DNA from: an uncultured bacterium
Lineage (GTDB): Bacteria > Verrucomicrobiota > Lentisphaeria > Victivallales > Victivallaceae
NCBI GenBank assembly: GCA_949286445.1
Contig: CASECL010000032.1
Location: 1-36,180, forward strand
Direction of reading: 5' to 3'
DNA: 36,180 nt
The notes below the pieces were generated by a model. The model did no database searches and was not told where the DNA came from. It saw only the letters and a program-made list of their open reading frames with translations. The stretch's first letter is position 1, and the number at the start of each line of letters is the position of its first letter. Below, piece after piece: positions 6,789 through 16,655 of this stretch. Position numbers and translations under genes: made by a program.

Positions 6789-8768
6789 ATGGGTGAATAT
6801 CAGGTAATAGCCAGAAAGTATCGTCCGCAGTGCTTTGCCGATGTGGTGGGGCAGGAGCATGTGGTGCGGACGTTGAAAAACGCGATCATCCAGAACCGGA
6901 CGGCGCATGCTTATCTTTTTGTCGGGCCGCGCGGAGTGGGCAAGACAACGCTGGCGCGGATATTCGCCAAGGCGATGAACTGCGAAAATCCCCGGAATGG
7001 CGAACCCTGCTGCAAGTGCCGGTCATGTCTGGCGATAGCGGCGGATAACGCGCTTGATCTGATTGAAATTGACGCGGCAAGCCATAATTCCGCAGGGGAG
7101 ATGCGGGAACTTAACGAGGAAGTTATGCACCGTCCGGTGCAGGGGCGTTACAAGATATATATCATTGACGAAGTTCACATGCTCTCCAAGCAGGCCTGGA
7201 ATGCGTTGCTTAAAACCGTGGAAGAGCCGCCTTCGCATGTTAAATTTATCTTTGCCACAACCGAAGTTCATCAGGTGCTTCCTACGATTATTTCCCGCTG
7301 TCAGCGTTTTGACCTGCTGCCGATTCCGGTGAAGCTGATTGCCGGACGGCTGAAGTATATTGTGGAACAGGAAAAGGTGAAAATCGAAGACGGCGCAATC
7401 AATGCCATAGCCAGAGCCGCTGACGGCGGCATGCGGGATGCGCAGTCCCTGCTTGATCAGATGATTGCCTTTTTTGCCGGAGACGGCAATTCGGAAATAA
7501 CCGCAGAACAGGTGTTGTCGCTTTTCGGGTTGACGGATACCGAGGATCTGCTTAAACTGACGGCGGCGATGTTCAATAATGAGCCGGGCGAGGTGGTCAA
7601 GGTGGTGCACCGGCTGGCGGGAAAAGGAAAAAATCTGGAAACGCTTTATGAAGACGTGCTGTCCGCTCTGCGCGGAGTGGAAATGTGCCAGCTGCTGAAA
7701 GATCCGGCACAGGTTCTGGATGCGGATTCCAGGCAGTTGGATTTCTACCGGCAGTTTGCCGCGGCGGTAAAGCCGGATACGGTACAGATTATGCTGGAAA
7801 TTTTGTCTCCGGCGGGGAGAGTTTTGCATGATGCGCTGAATAAACAGATATTTCTGGAAAGCATTTTTCTCCGTGCCATGCGTGAGGCTCATGCGGTAAG
7901 ACTGGATGCAATATTGGCAAGACTTAATGAACTGCGGGGGAAAGGCGAGCTGGATTTTCTGGAGAAAATCCCGGCGGCGGACGCTCCTCAAACGAAGATA
8001 GTAGTTGAAGTTAAACCATCCGGTGCCCCGGATGGCGAAAAAAAAATAAAACTATCTCCGGAAGCGGCTACTGCTGAAAATAAATCCGTTCATGAAATTC
8101 AAGCGGGGGCGGCAGAAGCGGCAGAAGAGGTAAAAGCAGTTTCCCAATCCGCCGTGGATACAGGAAAAAATATTGTTAAGGCGGAGAAGGCCGTTGCTTC
8201 GGCTGAAACGGATACCGCAAGGGAAACCGGGGAAGAAACGGCTGTTGCTGTGCCGGAACCGGATACATCAAAGGATGCCGAGTCAGAAACGGCTGTGGGG
8301 GCGGAAAATGGAAGTGTTCCGGAAAAAAAGGTTGAGTCTCAGGTTGTTTCAGAACCGTTGATGAAAAATTCCGGTGAACCGCCGTTTTCACCGGAAGATA
8401 TTGCTGCGGCGGAAATTGATGATATTGCTGACAATCAGGAGGATGAAGAAACCGCCGTCGGTGACTTTGGGGGGATGGAAAATATTCCGGAAGCAGGAAA
8501 TATGTCTGCGTTGAAGGGTGAGGAAATCCCTGAAGTACCGGTTTCAGCTCCGGGAAAATCTGAGAAGAAAAAGGAAAAATCTGTCAGCCGCGCGGAAAAG
8601 AGCAAGCCGGCCGGAGTAGCCGATGAAGACGGAGACTACTTTATCGGCAAGGCGCGGCACAGTGTTTTGTTCGAAGAACCGGGCGCGGTGGATGAAGCCG
8701 CTAAAGAACCATTTGTCGGGGAGGTGTTAGGTCTTTTCGGCGGCAGAGTAATTGATGTACACAAGTGA
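6789..8768 (+). CDS. dnaX: DNA polymerase III subunit tau/gamma. The AAA+ clamp-loader core spans aa 1-370, followed by a roughly 200-aa acidic low-complexity linker and a conserved C-terminal tau domain.
   Basis: Walker A GPRGVGKTT, the zinc module CENPRNGEPCCKCRSC, Walker B/DEAD-like IIDEVHML and sensor SRCQRF are all classic DnaX motifs. Residues about 430-600 are an E/A/S/P/T-rich low-complexity stretch. The C-terminus ...DYFIGKARHSVLFEEP... resembles the tau C-terminal region. Confidence 0.92.
   Translation: MGEYQVIARKYRPQCFADVVGQEHVVRTLKNAIIQNRTAHAYLFVGPRGVGKTTLARIFAKAMNCENPRNGEPCCKCRSCLAIAADNALDLIEIDAASHNSAGEMRELNEEVMHRPVQGRYKIYIIDEVHMLSKQAWNALLKTVEEPPSHVKFIFATTEVHQVLPTIISRCQRFDLLPIPVKLIAGRLKYIVEQEKVKIEDGAINAIARAADGGMRDAQSLLDQMIAFFAGDGNSEITAEQVLSLFGLTDTEDLLKLTAAMFNNEPGEVVKVVHRLAGKGKNLETLYEDVLSALRGVEMCQLLKDPAQVLDADSRQLDFYRQFAAAVKPDTVQIMLEILSPAGRVLHDALNKQIFLESIFLRAMREAHAVRLDAILARLNELRGKGELDFLEKIPAADAPQTKIVVEVKPSGAPDGEKKIKLSPEAATAENKSVHEIQAGAAEAAEEVKAVSQSAVDTGKNIVKAEKAVASAETDTARETGEETAVAVPEPDTSKDAESETAVGAENGSVPEKKVESQVVSEPLMKNSGEPPFSPEDIAAAEIDDIADNQEDEETAVGDFGGMENIPEAGNMSALKGEEIPEVPVSAPGKSEKKKEKSVSRAEKSKPAGVADEDGDYFIGKARHSVLFEEPGAVDEAAKEPFVGEVLGLFGGRVIDVHK
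8016..8049 (+). other. Candidate programmed transcriptional-slippage/frameshift cassette inside dnaX: an 8-bp hairpin, then a 2-nt gap, then an A9 tract with immediate stops in both alternative frames.
   Basis: ccatccgg (8016-8023), loop tgcc, ccggatgg (8028-8035) form a perfect inverted repeat. Then cg, then aaaaaaaaa (8038-8046), then taa (8047-8049), which is a stop in the +1 frame. The -1 frame reads KKNKTISGSGYC and then tga at 8075-8077. The site falls at codons 417-420 of 659, the canonical tau/gamma junction. Confidence 0.45.
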
Positions 8769-8878
8769 TAAATTTTTTCTCCGGTACGACTGGGAGTAAG
8801 CCGGACCGGGGATATTTTTTTGCAGAAAAAAATAAATCAGGATAACAAAATATTCATCAATAAAAGAAAGAGGTTTTT

Positions 8879-9178
8879 ATGTTCGGTAATTTTGGTGATA
8901 TGGCCAAATTGATGGCTCTGGCAAAAGATCTTCCCGGGAAGATGAAGCAGATCAGAGCGGAGTTGGCAGAGAGTGTTTATGAAGCAACTTCCCCCTGCGG
9001 CGCGGTTACTGCGGCGGTTTCCGGGGATCTTTCTGTAAAGAAAATTGAGTTTAATGCTACTCCGACCCCCGGGGCGGTGGAAGCGGCAGTAAATGCGGCT
9101 ATTATCGCCGCCAAGGCCGGAATACAGGAAAAAATGCGTGAGGCCTCCGGCGGACTGGATTTGCCGAATATCTTCTGA
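8879..9178 (+). CDS. ybaB: Nucleoid-associated protein YbaB/EbfC
   Basis: The 99-aa product MFGNFGDMAKLMALAKDLPGKMKQ... fits the YbaB family. The dnaX-ybaB-recR order is conserved. RBS aaagagg. Confidence 0.85.
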   Translation: MFGNFGDMAKLMALAKDLPGKMKQIRAELAESVYEATSPCGAVTAAVSGDLSVKKIEFNATPTPGAVEAAVNAAIIAAKAGIQEKMREASGGLDLPNIF

Positions 9179-9228
9179 TCCGGCAAATTGAAATATTGCA
9201 TTTAAGTAATTACAATGGTGCAGCGGCA

Positions 9229-9831
9229 ATGAATGAGTATCCGGAAAAACTGGAAGAATTGCTTTTTCTGCTTCGTAATCTGCCCGGCATCGGGCGGCGC
9301 GGAGCGGAACGTCTGGCGATGGCGTTACTGGAGTGGAACCAGGAAAAGCTCAGTGATTTGGGAAAAAGCATTGCCGACTTGAAAATAAATGTGGTCAATT
9401 GCCCGGTATGCGGAGCATTGACCGGCAAAGGAGAGTCCTGCCGCTGGTGTTCTGATCCGCGGCGGGATGAAAAACTGCTCTGCGTGGTGGAAAGTGCTCT
9501 GCAAATTTATTCGATAGAGAAGAGCAACTCCTATTCCGGGCGTTATTTTGTGCTGGGAGGAAAACTCTCTCCGCTTAACGGCATCGGGCCGGATGAGCTC
9601 CGGGTAAAGGAATTGGACACCCTGCTGGAAGACGGCGGGGTAGAAGAGGTAATTCTGGCACTTGGCAATGATGTGGAGGGCAGGGCAACGGCGGCGTTTT
9701 TAAGTGATCACCTCAAAAGCCGCCAGCTTAAAATAACCCGTCCGGCGGCAGGACTGCCGGCGGGGGCAAATTTGTCTTACGCTGACGGAGCTACGATTGC
9801 GGCGGCGTTATCCGGGCGTACCGGGTGCTGA
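9229..9831 (+). CDS. recR: Recombination protein RecR
   Basis: This is the first in-frame ATG (MNEYPEKLEEL...). The track ORF begins at an upstream TTG. Motifs: helix-hairpin-helix LPGIGRRGAERLA; C4 zinc finger CPVCGALT...CRWC; and a Toprim-like DVEGRATAAFL. Confidence 0.9.
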   Translation: MNEYPEKLEELLFLLRNLPGIGRRGAERLAMALLEWNQEKLSDLGKSIADLKINVVNCPVCGALTGKGESCRWCSDPRRDEKLLCVVESALQIYSIEKSNSYSGRYFVLGGKLSPLNGIGPDELRVKELDTLLEDGGVEEVILALGNDVEGRATAAFLSDHLKSRQLKITRPAAGLPAGANLSYADGATIAAALSGRTGC

Positions 9832-10259
9832 AAAGGCAATTATTTCCAGGCCTCATAAAAACTTTTTTATCCTGCCGTTAGAAACAGAAACAATTGCAAG
9901 GCTGAAGCGGTTTCCAGTCAGGAGAGAAACTTGAGCAATTTATTTTGAGTGACGGATTTTTTCAAAGTTTTTTTCACGCATTATCATTCAACATGTAATG
10001 TCACATTTTCAACCCTGATGCTTTTTCTGATTTTCTGCATCTGACGTCTTGCAGTGCATTGCTCCAATTGAAAAATTAAAGCAATGTTAATCCGGAAAAG
10101 GTTTGGAAAAAAGAAGAGCGCGGGAAGAAAATCGCCTTTCCTTAAAAGGTTATCTCGTCCCGCACCCATTTTAATCCAGGCGTTTCCCCTCAAAAGTTTT
10201 CCCGTTCTGTGCCCGGCTGCAGCCTGAAAATAAAGCTGTTTTATGTCAGAGGCGGAATA

Positions 10260-12173
10260 TCAGCCCCCGTTGTATTTCTGCGGCGGCTGCGGCTGACCGT
10301 TGCCGACGCCTTTTTTCATCATTTCCCTGAGTTCTTCAAAGTGAGCCGGGTAAATATCCCGGGGCAGAACATTTTTATCATGGCATATTTTTGCCGCCAT
10401 ACCCACCACTTCTCCCATCATTCCGGTAGTACGCATTACCCGCACCGTGCCGAGCGCGGCGTGGGTTACGCTGATATTCCGGCCTGCCATAAACATATTG
10501 TTTACGTTGCGCGAATAGAGACACCGGTAAGGAATTTGATATGGTTTGATATTATCCTGTACGGCGATGGATTTGAATTCCCTGCCGGGGAAATGTTTGG
10601 TGTTTTCCGGATCGGGATAATGCAAATCGATTGACCAGGTGGTATGGCAGGTGCCGTCCGGATAAACTTTGCCGTTATGTATATCGGTAGAGGTCAGAAT
10701 GACATCGCCAAGCAGCCGGCGCGATTCCCGTTTTCCGGCGACATAAGCCACCCATTCCAGTTTGTCGTTGGCAAAATCTGCTTTCTTGGCATAACGGTTT
10801 TTCAAATAAGACCAGTTGGAAAATACCACATACAAACCGTAATCCCGGATGGTTTCAAAGTCATCAATCTGATCGGTAAACATTCCGGTTTCCCAGGTCC
10901 AGTCGCCGCGACGGAGTTTTTCACAGCTTTCATCGTTGAACGGCAGCCCCCAGTCGATGTCGGGGAAACTCACCGGAGCCGGTGATTTAACCGAATAATA
11001 CTGCACTGAAGCACCCATAGTCATCCGGTCGGATTTTTCCGGAGAATAAGTCTCTCCGGATTCTTCTTTTGATTCCCGGCCGTAACGGTAATCTGCTCCA
11101 GCCAGTACGCCGAGATTTCCGTCTCCGGTGGAGTCAAGGAACAAGGGAGCTTCAAAGTTTGTTTCCACGCCGTTTTCCATATTTCTGCCGGTTACGGAAA
11201 CAATTTTGCCGTCCCGGCAATCTGCATCGATAACCCGGGTATTATAAAATACTTTCAAATTTTTTTCTGCGGCAAGGGCATTGATCTTGCGTTCATCTTC
11301 ATAATTTGCTCCGTGCCTGGCGTTACCGCCTTTGGCCGGACCGATTTCCGCCAGCACATCACCCAGTTTATCATAAGGGGGAAGCTTGATTTTGCCGCCC
11401 AGGTGAACCCGTACTTCGGAACTGTTGTTTCCCCCCGGCACCGGACGGTCGTGAATAAGGATTGTCTGCAATCCCAGCCGTGATGCGCTGATGGCGGCGC
11501 AAACGCCGGCAACTCCGCCGCCGACGACGATAAAATCGGCTTTTTCAGTTTTTCCGGAGTGGCTGATTGAGCGGTGAAGTTTCCGGAAGGCATCAAGTTC
11601 ACCCTTCTTCTCCGGGGGAACAAACAATGGATCCGAGGAAAAAATTACGGCATCACACCGGCCGTCAAATCCGGTAAGATCCCGGAGCGCAAGGGTGTTT
11701 TCACCCTTTTTCAACTCCACCTCGCCCCCTTTCTGCCACGCCCACTGTCCGCTTTCATTGCCGAAAACAGCGGGGAGAGGTTTTCCATTTATTATCAGTT
11801 TGAACGTGCCGGGGGCTTTTTCTGTCCATTTTGCCGCCCAGTTGCGGGTACGGACAAAAACTTTGTATTTCCCTGCTTCTGCCGCATTGAAAACGGTTTC
11901 CGCATCGTCACACGGTTTCCCCAGCCCGTGCGCCAGCAGAAACGGCGATCCCATCTGGTCAACGAACTGACTGTCCAGCACCCAGGAACCCCTGGATTTT
12001 AAACTTTCTGATTCAACTAAAATAGTTTCTCCCTGCAACATAGCTACCCCGGTTAAACAAAGTATCGCACTTAAAAAAACTTTAATACCCACCAATATTC
12101 CTCCGTCACACATCATTTTCGCTTTGTGTTCAATGAAAGTTGCCGGCGATGCAAACAAATGCATACAATACAA
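10260..12173 (-). CDS. FAD-dependent oxidoreductase (PF12831-like family common in CAZyme loci), probably secreted or periplasmic.
   Basis: Rossmann dinucleotide-binding motif DFIVVGGGVAGVCAAISASRLG...HDR. Its start is 21 nt downstream of the GH95 gene, so the two are very likely co-transcribed. The N-terminal start is ambiguous between the ATG at 12171-12173 and the MMCDGG... ATG 57 nt downstream; a hydrophobic segment follows. Confidence 0.8.
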   Translation of the reverse strand: MYCMHLFASPATFIEHKAKMMCDGGILVGIKVFLSAILCLTGVAMLQGETILVESESLKSRGSWVLDSQFVDQMGSPFLLAHGLGKPCDDAETVFNAAEAGKYKVFVRTRNWAAKWTEKAPGTFKLIINGKPLPAVFGNESGQWAWQKGGEVELKKGENTLALRDLTGFDGRCDAVIFSSDPLFVPPEKKGELDAFRKLHRSISHSGKTEKADFIVVGGGVAGVCAAISASRLGLQTILIHDRPVPGGNNSSEVRVHLGGKIKLPPYDKLGDVLAEIGPAKGGNARHGANYEDERKINALAAEKNLKVFYNTRVIDADCRDGKIVSVTGRNMENGVETNFEAPLFLDSTGDGNLGVLAGADYRYGRESKEESGETYSPEKSDRMTMGASVQYYSVKSPAPVSFPDIDWGLPFNDESCEKLRRGDWTWETGMFTDQIDDFETIRDYGLYVVFSNWSYLKNRYAKKADFANDKLEWVAYVAGKRESRRLLGDVILTSTDIHNGKVYPDGTCHTTWSIDLHYPDPENTKHFPGREFKSIAVQDNIKPYQIPYRCLYSRNVNNMFMAGRNISVTHAALGTVRVMRTTGMMGEVVGMAAKICHDKNVLPRDIYPAHFEELREMMKKGVGNGQPQPPQKYNGG

Positions 12174-12194
12174 TCTATACCGTAAATTGCTTAA

Positions 12195-14576
12195 TTACAA
12201 ATTGAAATGAAAAGTTTTTTCCATTCCTGGCTGACAGGAGAATTCCTCCTGTTTATCCTTGCAGACGACCCGCATTTTTCCCCGCTGGGAAAAATGGAAA
12301 TGCGCCACAGCCCGTCCGTTTTTCCACTCCAGGTCAATTTCCGCTCCGCCACGGGCTCTCAAGCCATTGATGCGGCCTTCTTTCCAATTATCCGGCAGGG
12401 CGGGGAAAAGTTCCACAATTCTGACCTGATCCTGAGTTGTCAAATGGGATTGCAGCAGCATTTCCGCAATACCGGCGGCAACCCCGAAATTGCCGTCAAT
12501 CTGAAACGGGGGGTGGGCATCAAAGAAATTAAGATAAATACCTCCGCCGCGATGCGGCTTTTTTGCTTTTAAATCGATGGGCTGAAGCAGATTTTTGATT
12601 ATTTTCGCCGCCCGGTTTCCGTCTTTGAAGCGCGCCCAGAGGCAAACCCGCCACCCCATTGCCCAGCCGGTGCTCTGATCTCCCCGGACATTCAGGCTTT
12701 TTTCCGCCGCCTCAATGAGTTTCTCATTTCCGGGGGCGAAAAAACTGTTGCCCGGATAAGCTCCGTACAAATGGGAAACATGGCGGTGATGAATGTCTCT
12801 TTCCGGAAATTCTTCGCCGAATTCCAGTATTCTGCCGTCAGAACCAATGGAAATACCCCGCAGTTCCGGCAGCATGGCTTTTACTTTGGCGGAGAGTTCT
12901 TTGTCCTCCCGGTCATCCAGCCGGAGATAGTTTTCAAAAAGTTCCCGGACTATGGCCATATCCATCGCTCCGCCCCGGGCAATGGAAGCCATTTCCCCGG
13001 TCTCCGGATCGGTGAAGTTATTTTCCGGCGAACTGGATGGAATGATTTCCCAGCCCTGATCGCCCTTTTCCAGCAGTCCGGCGGCAAACCGGACACTCTC
13101 CCGGATAACCGGCAGGTAACGGTGTTTGAATTCCGGATTGTCCCGGTAGTCAAGGTGTTCGGCCAGATGCCGGCACAGCCAGGCACCCGCCAGCGGGTAA
13201 TAACTCCACTGCGCTTTACCTCCCGCCGGAGCTGACATCCGCCAGAGGTCACTGTTGTGATGACAGCACCAGCCGGGAAGATTATATATTTCTCTGGCGG
13301 GGACCTGACCGCTCCGGGAAAGTTCCTCCAGCATGATGAAAAGCGGTTCGGCACATTCAGTTAAATTGCAGACTTCCGCCGGCCAGTAATTCATCTCCAG
13401 ATTGATGTTTACCGTGTAATTGCTCCGCCACGGCGGATGCAGTTTATGATTCCAGATCCCCTGCAGATTGGCCGGCTGTCCTCCGGGGCGGGACGAACTT
13501 ATCAGCAGATAACGTCCGTAATTATAAAGCAGTGCGGCCAGTGCCGGAGAAAATGAGTTTTTATCCTCCCGGGCGGCAAAAAGCCGTTCATCGGAGGGCA
13601 GCATATCTCCGGCTGAGCTTCCCAGATTAAGCACAGATTTGGAATAAAGCCTTTTGAAATCCGCAATGTGACGCTGCTTTAAATTGTCAAATCCGGTTTT
13701 CACGGCTCCGGCAATATCTTTTTCCGTTTCTGCCAGACAGTGGTCAAAAGTGTAATCCGGCATTTTATCCCAGCCGTTGAATCCGGTTCTGATCGCCAGC
13801 AGAACGGTTATTTCCCCGGCGTTTTCCACGGTAACGCCTTTTTCAGACATTTCCACTCTGCCGTTGCTGATTACCCGCATGCGTATGCAGAATGCCATGC
13901 CGTCATTATCAGAAGTTTTCTTTTTGGGATTTCTGCCGTATGCTTTGCCCTGCAATATCAAATCGCCGTCTTTTACAATACAATTTGACTCCAGCTCCGA
14001 CTCCAGCGAAATCTCTGCCCGGGGGATTTTTCCGCTCCAGCGGAAAACCAGCACCTGATCCGGATAAGAGGCAAAGGCTTCACTGGAAATATTGCCGTTT
14101 TCCGCCGTTGCGACGGCATCGGAAAGTGAGAGCGAGCGCAGAACGGTCTCTTTTCCGTCGGGAAATGAGATTTTCAGCAGCCCTGCCGGCAGGTATTCTG
14201 CAGATGTTGCCGCGCCGAATTTCCGGCTGACCAGTTCTGTTGCTTCACTGAATTTGCGATCCCGGATCAGTTGTTTTGCCTGTTCCAGAGTCTGTGGCGC
14301 TTCCGGGCGCAGCCGCATGCCCGGTTTGCCCGTCCAGAGGTGGCACTCATTGAGGTAGATTTTTTCATTTTTCAAGTCCCCGTACACCATTGCCCCCAGC
14401 CGTCCGTTGCCGATGGGCAGGGCCTCCTCCCAGTATTTTGCCGGAGCGCGGTAAAAAAGACGTTCAGAAGCCTGATATTCCGGAGAAATATTTTCCGGTG
14501 AACCGGCAGCCGGGGCAGCTGCTGTGGTCAGGCAACTCAGAGCTGTGGCAAAAAAGAGAAAAAAACGCGATTTCAT
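12195..14576 (-). CDS. Glycoside hydrolase family 95 (alpha-L-fucosidase/alpha-L-galactosidase-type), secreted.
   Basis: Signal peptide [21 protein letters not shown]. Motifs NLQGIWN and [15 protein letters not shown] are characteristic GH95 blocks. A length of 793 aa is typical. Confidence 0.85.
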   Translation of the reverse strand: MKSRFFLFFATALSCLTTAAAPAAGSPENISPEYQASERLFYRAPAKYWEEALPIGNGRLGAMVYGDLKNEKIYLNECHLWTGKPGMRLRPEAPQTLEQAKQLIRDRKFSEATELVSRKFGAATSAEYLPAGLLKISFPDGKETVLRSLSLSDAVATAENGNISSEAFASYPDQVLVFRWSGKIPRAEISLESELESNCIVKDGDLILQGKAYGRNPKKKTSDNDGMAFCIRMRVISNGRVEMSEKGVTVENAGEITVLLAIRTGFNGWDKMPDYTFDHCLAETEKDIAGAVKTGFDNLKQRHIADFKRLYSKSVLNLGSSAGDMLPSDERLFAAREDKNSFSPALAALLYNYGRYLLISSSRPGGQPANLQGIWNHKLHPPWRSNYTVNINLEMNYWPAEVCNLTECAEPLFIMLEELSRSGQVPAREIYNLPGWCCHHNSDLWRMSAPAGGKAQWSYYPLAGAWLCRHLAEHLDYRDNPEFKHRYLPVIRESVRFAAGLLEKGDQGWEIIPSSSPENNFTDPETGEMASIARGGAMDMAIVRELFENYLRLDDREDKELSAKVKAMLPELRGISIGSDGRILEFGEEFPERDIHHRHVSHLYGAYPGNSFFAPGNEKLIEAAEKSLNVRGDQSTGWAMGWRVCLWARFKDGNRAAKIIKNLLQPIDLKAKKPHRGGGIYLNFFDAHPPFQIDGNFGVAAGIAEMLLQSHLTTQDQVRIVELFPALPDNWKEGRINGLRARGGAEIDLEWKNGRAVAHFHFSQRGKMRVVCKDKQEEFSCQPGMEKTFHFNL

Positions 14577-14669
14577 TTTCCTTTTTCCTTAAATAAATTA
14601 AGTTATTTGCACTGTGCTGTTTATATTTTTGCATATTCAGCCGGTTTTTCTCTCTCCCCGGTTGCAAAA

Positions 14670-15500
14670 TCACCCCGCGAACGGCAGTTTGGTCAATTTG
14701 AAATTTTCCATTTCCGTCCGGTCATAAAATACTTTCATCAGATACAGTCCGTCCGGCGGAGCCGTCATCGGAGCTACGGTACGGTCGCGCACTTCAAGAA
14801 TTCTTTTTGCTTCCGCCGTATCAATATCTCCGGCTCCTGCCGTCTCCAAAAGTCCGGCCAGACAGCGTATCATCTTGTACAGGAAGCCATTGCCGACAAA
14901 AGTAACACACCAGTAATGATCGAAAAAATCAAAATCAATCCGGTAAATCGTCCGCACCGCATCCTCGATTTCACTTCTTTCCACCACAAAGCTGGAGAAA
15001 TCATGTTCACCGATCAGCACCTTTGATGCGTCAATCATCCTCTGTTTATCCAGTTTTCTCCGGATATGCCAGCTGCCGCGGGGAATGAACGGTGAACGCA
15101 AAGCGGTATTGAATACATAGGTATAGGCCTTTCCGACGGTATCATATCTGGCATGAAATTCCAGCGGCACCTCCCGTATTGACCGGATGCTGATATCCGG
15201 CGGTAAAATCCGGTTCAGGGCCCGCATGAGATAATTCGGTTCAATCGCCGGCCGTTCCGGAACCAGAAACGCCGCCGCAAATCCCAGCGCATGAACTCCG
15301 GCATCGGTACGGCTGCTGCCGATTAAATGTATAAATTGCCGGTTATAAAGATTTTTTAATACTCTTTGAATTTCTCCCTGCACCGTTATGGTGTTGTCCT
15401 GAATTTGCCAGCCGCCGTAACGGGTGCCGGAAAAGGCAATTTCCATCAGATAACGCTTGTAGGGAATATAAGAGGTTTCTTCCAGTCCTTTTGCGGGCAT
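14670..15500 (-). CDS. truA: tRNA pseudouridine(38-40) synthase
   Basis: ...MEIAFSGTRYGGWQIQ... and the catalytic-Asp region ...GSSRTDAGVHALGF... are TruA hallmarks. An alternative start is the ATG at 15444-15446 (MEIAFSG...). Confidence 0.85.
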   Translation of the reverse strand: MPAKGLEETSYIPYKRYLMEIAFSGTRYGGWQIQDNTITVQGEIQRVLKNLYNRQFIHLIGSSRTDAGVHALGFAAAFLVPERPAIEPNYLMRALNRILPPDISIRSIREVPLEFHARYDTVGKAYTYVFNTALRSPFIPRGSWHIRRKLDKQRMIDASKVLIGEHDFSSFVVERSEIEDAVRTIYRIDFDFFDHYWCVTFVGNGFLYKMIRCLAGLLETAGAGDIDTAEAKRILEVRDRTVAPMTAPPDGLYLMKVFYDRTEMENFKLTKLPFAG

Positions 15501-15785
15501 GATGTTTTGTTTTCCTTGAGTTTATTTAGGTTAATCTGACAGAAGAAATTGCAGAAGTATTCCCGTTATTGAATTGCCTTAAATTTCAAAAATTACCGTT
15601 ACTGTAAAAGACAGCAAAATAAAGTTATTTGGAGTAGTATAGCACTTCAAGCCGGGTTTTGCAATCGCTGTGTCAGGTATTTTCCGGAAAATTATTTCCG
15701 GAAATTTCGTGTTTCAGATCCATTTATACTGTATTATGCCATTATTTTTGCCGTGGCATCAGGGGGAATACAGATTTAAAATTGA

Positions 15786-16406
15786 TTAAATCTCTTCCGG
15801 TGACTCCAGCAGCCTTTCCGGCTTTGCCGCCAGAAGATCTTCCCGGGTTCCGTATCCCCAAGCCGCGGCAAATGCCGCCATGCCGGCATAGTGTCCTGCG
15901 GTAATGTCGGTCGCGGTATCTCCGATCATGACGCATTCGGCGATGTTCAGTTTATTCTGCTCCACCGCCAGGAGGAGAATATCGCCTTTCTTTACCAGTT
16001 TTTCCACGGTGTCGCAACAGTAAAGAGCCTCAAAATAATGTTCCAGTTTCATTTTTTTCAGCAGCAATCCGGTAGGCAGAGCCCGTTTGTTGGTGGCGAT
16101 AAACAGGCGGTCGCCCTGTTTTTTCAGCCGTTCCAGCGTTTCCGGAATGCCCGGATACGCAAATGTTTCAGGGAAATTGCTCTGATCGTAAATCCGGCGG
16201 AATTCAGATGCCATCTGACGGCAGATTTCTTCACTGACTCCCGGCAGTACTTCGCGCACCATTTCCGAGAGCGGCGGGCCGATGCGGAATTTGCGTTCAA
16301 ATTCATCCATCGGCAGATTCATTGAGCGCATTACTTCGATATATCCCCGTTTTATATCCGGCAATGTGTCGGCGACGGTGCCGTCAAAGTCAAAAAAGTA
16401 GTTCAT
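15786..16406 (-). CDS. HAD-superfamily phosphatase (phosphoglycolate phosphatase/Gph-like)
   Basis: HAD motif I FDFDGTVADT at the N-terminus, motif II ...ATNK..., and motif IV GDTATDITAG. Confidence 0.75.
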   Translation of the reverse strand: MNYFFDFDGTVADTLPDIKRGYIEVMRSMNLPMDEFERKFRIGPPLSEMVREVLPGVSEEICRQMASEFRRIYDQSNFPETFAYPGIPETLERLKKQGDRLFIATNKRALPTGLLLKKMKLEHYFEALYCCDTVEKLVKKGDILLLAVEQNKLNIAECVMIGDTATDITAGHYAGMAAFAAAWGYGTREDLLAAKPERLLESPEEI

Positions 16407-16655
16407 AATTTTCTGTCATTCTGTTGAATAAGGTTATTCACATCCGGCATAATCTGCCGTCGTGGGTATTTCAGTAAAAAAAATTTCTGCCGCGGTACCT
16501 TTCTGACTGGCTCAACTTCTGTATTCCGCTGCAAATTTCAGAAACGCATCCCTCTTCCGTAAAAGGTTGAAGCCGGAAACATCAGCTGTTTTGCCGGAAT
16601 ATTCCGGAATAATAGCTCTGCTGCCAGTCTTTCATCCGGCGTCTGTCCGGAAAAA

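Noticed and set aside
7023-7991. 322-aa ORF on the minus strand inside dnaX
   Set aside because: It is antisense to a strongly conserved AAA+ coding region. It has an odd composition (R/Q/F-rich), no RBS and no recognisable domain, so it is a GC-driven spurious ORF.
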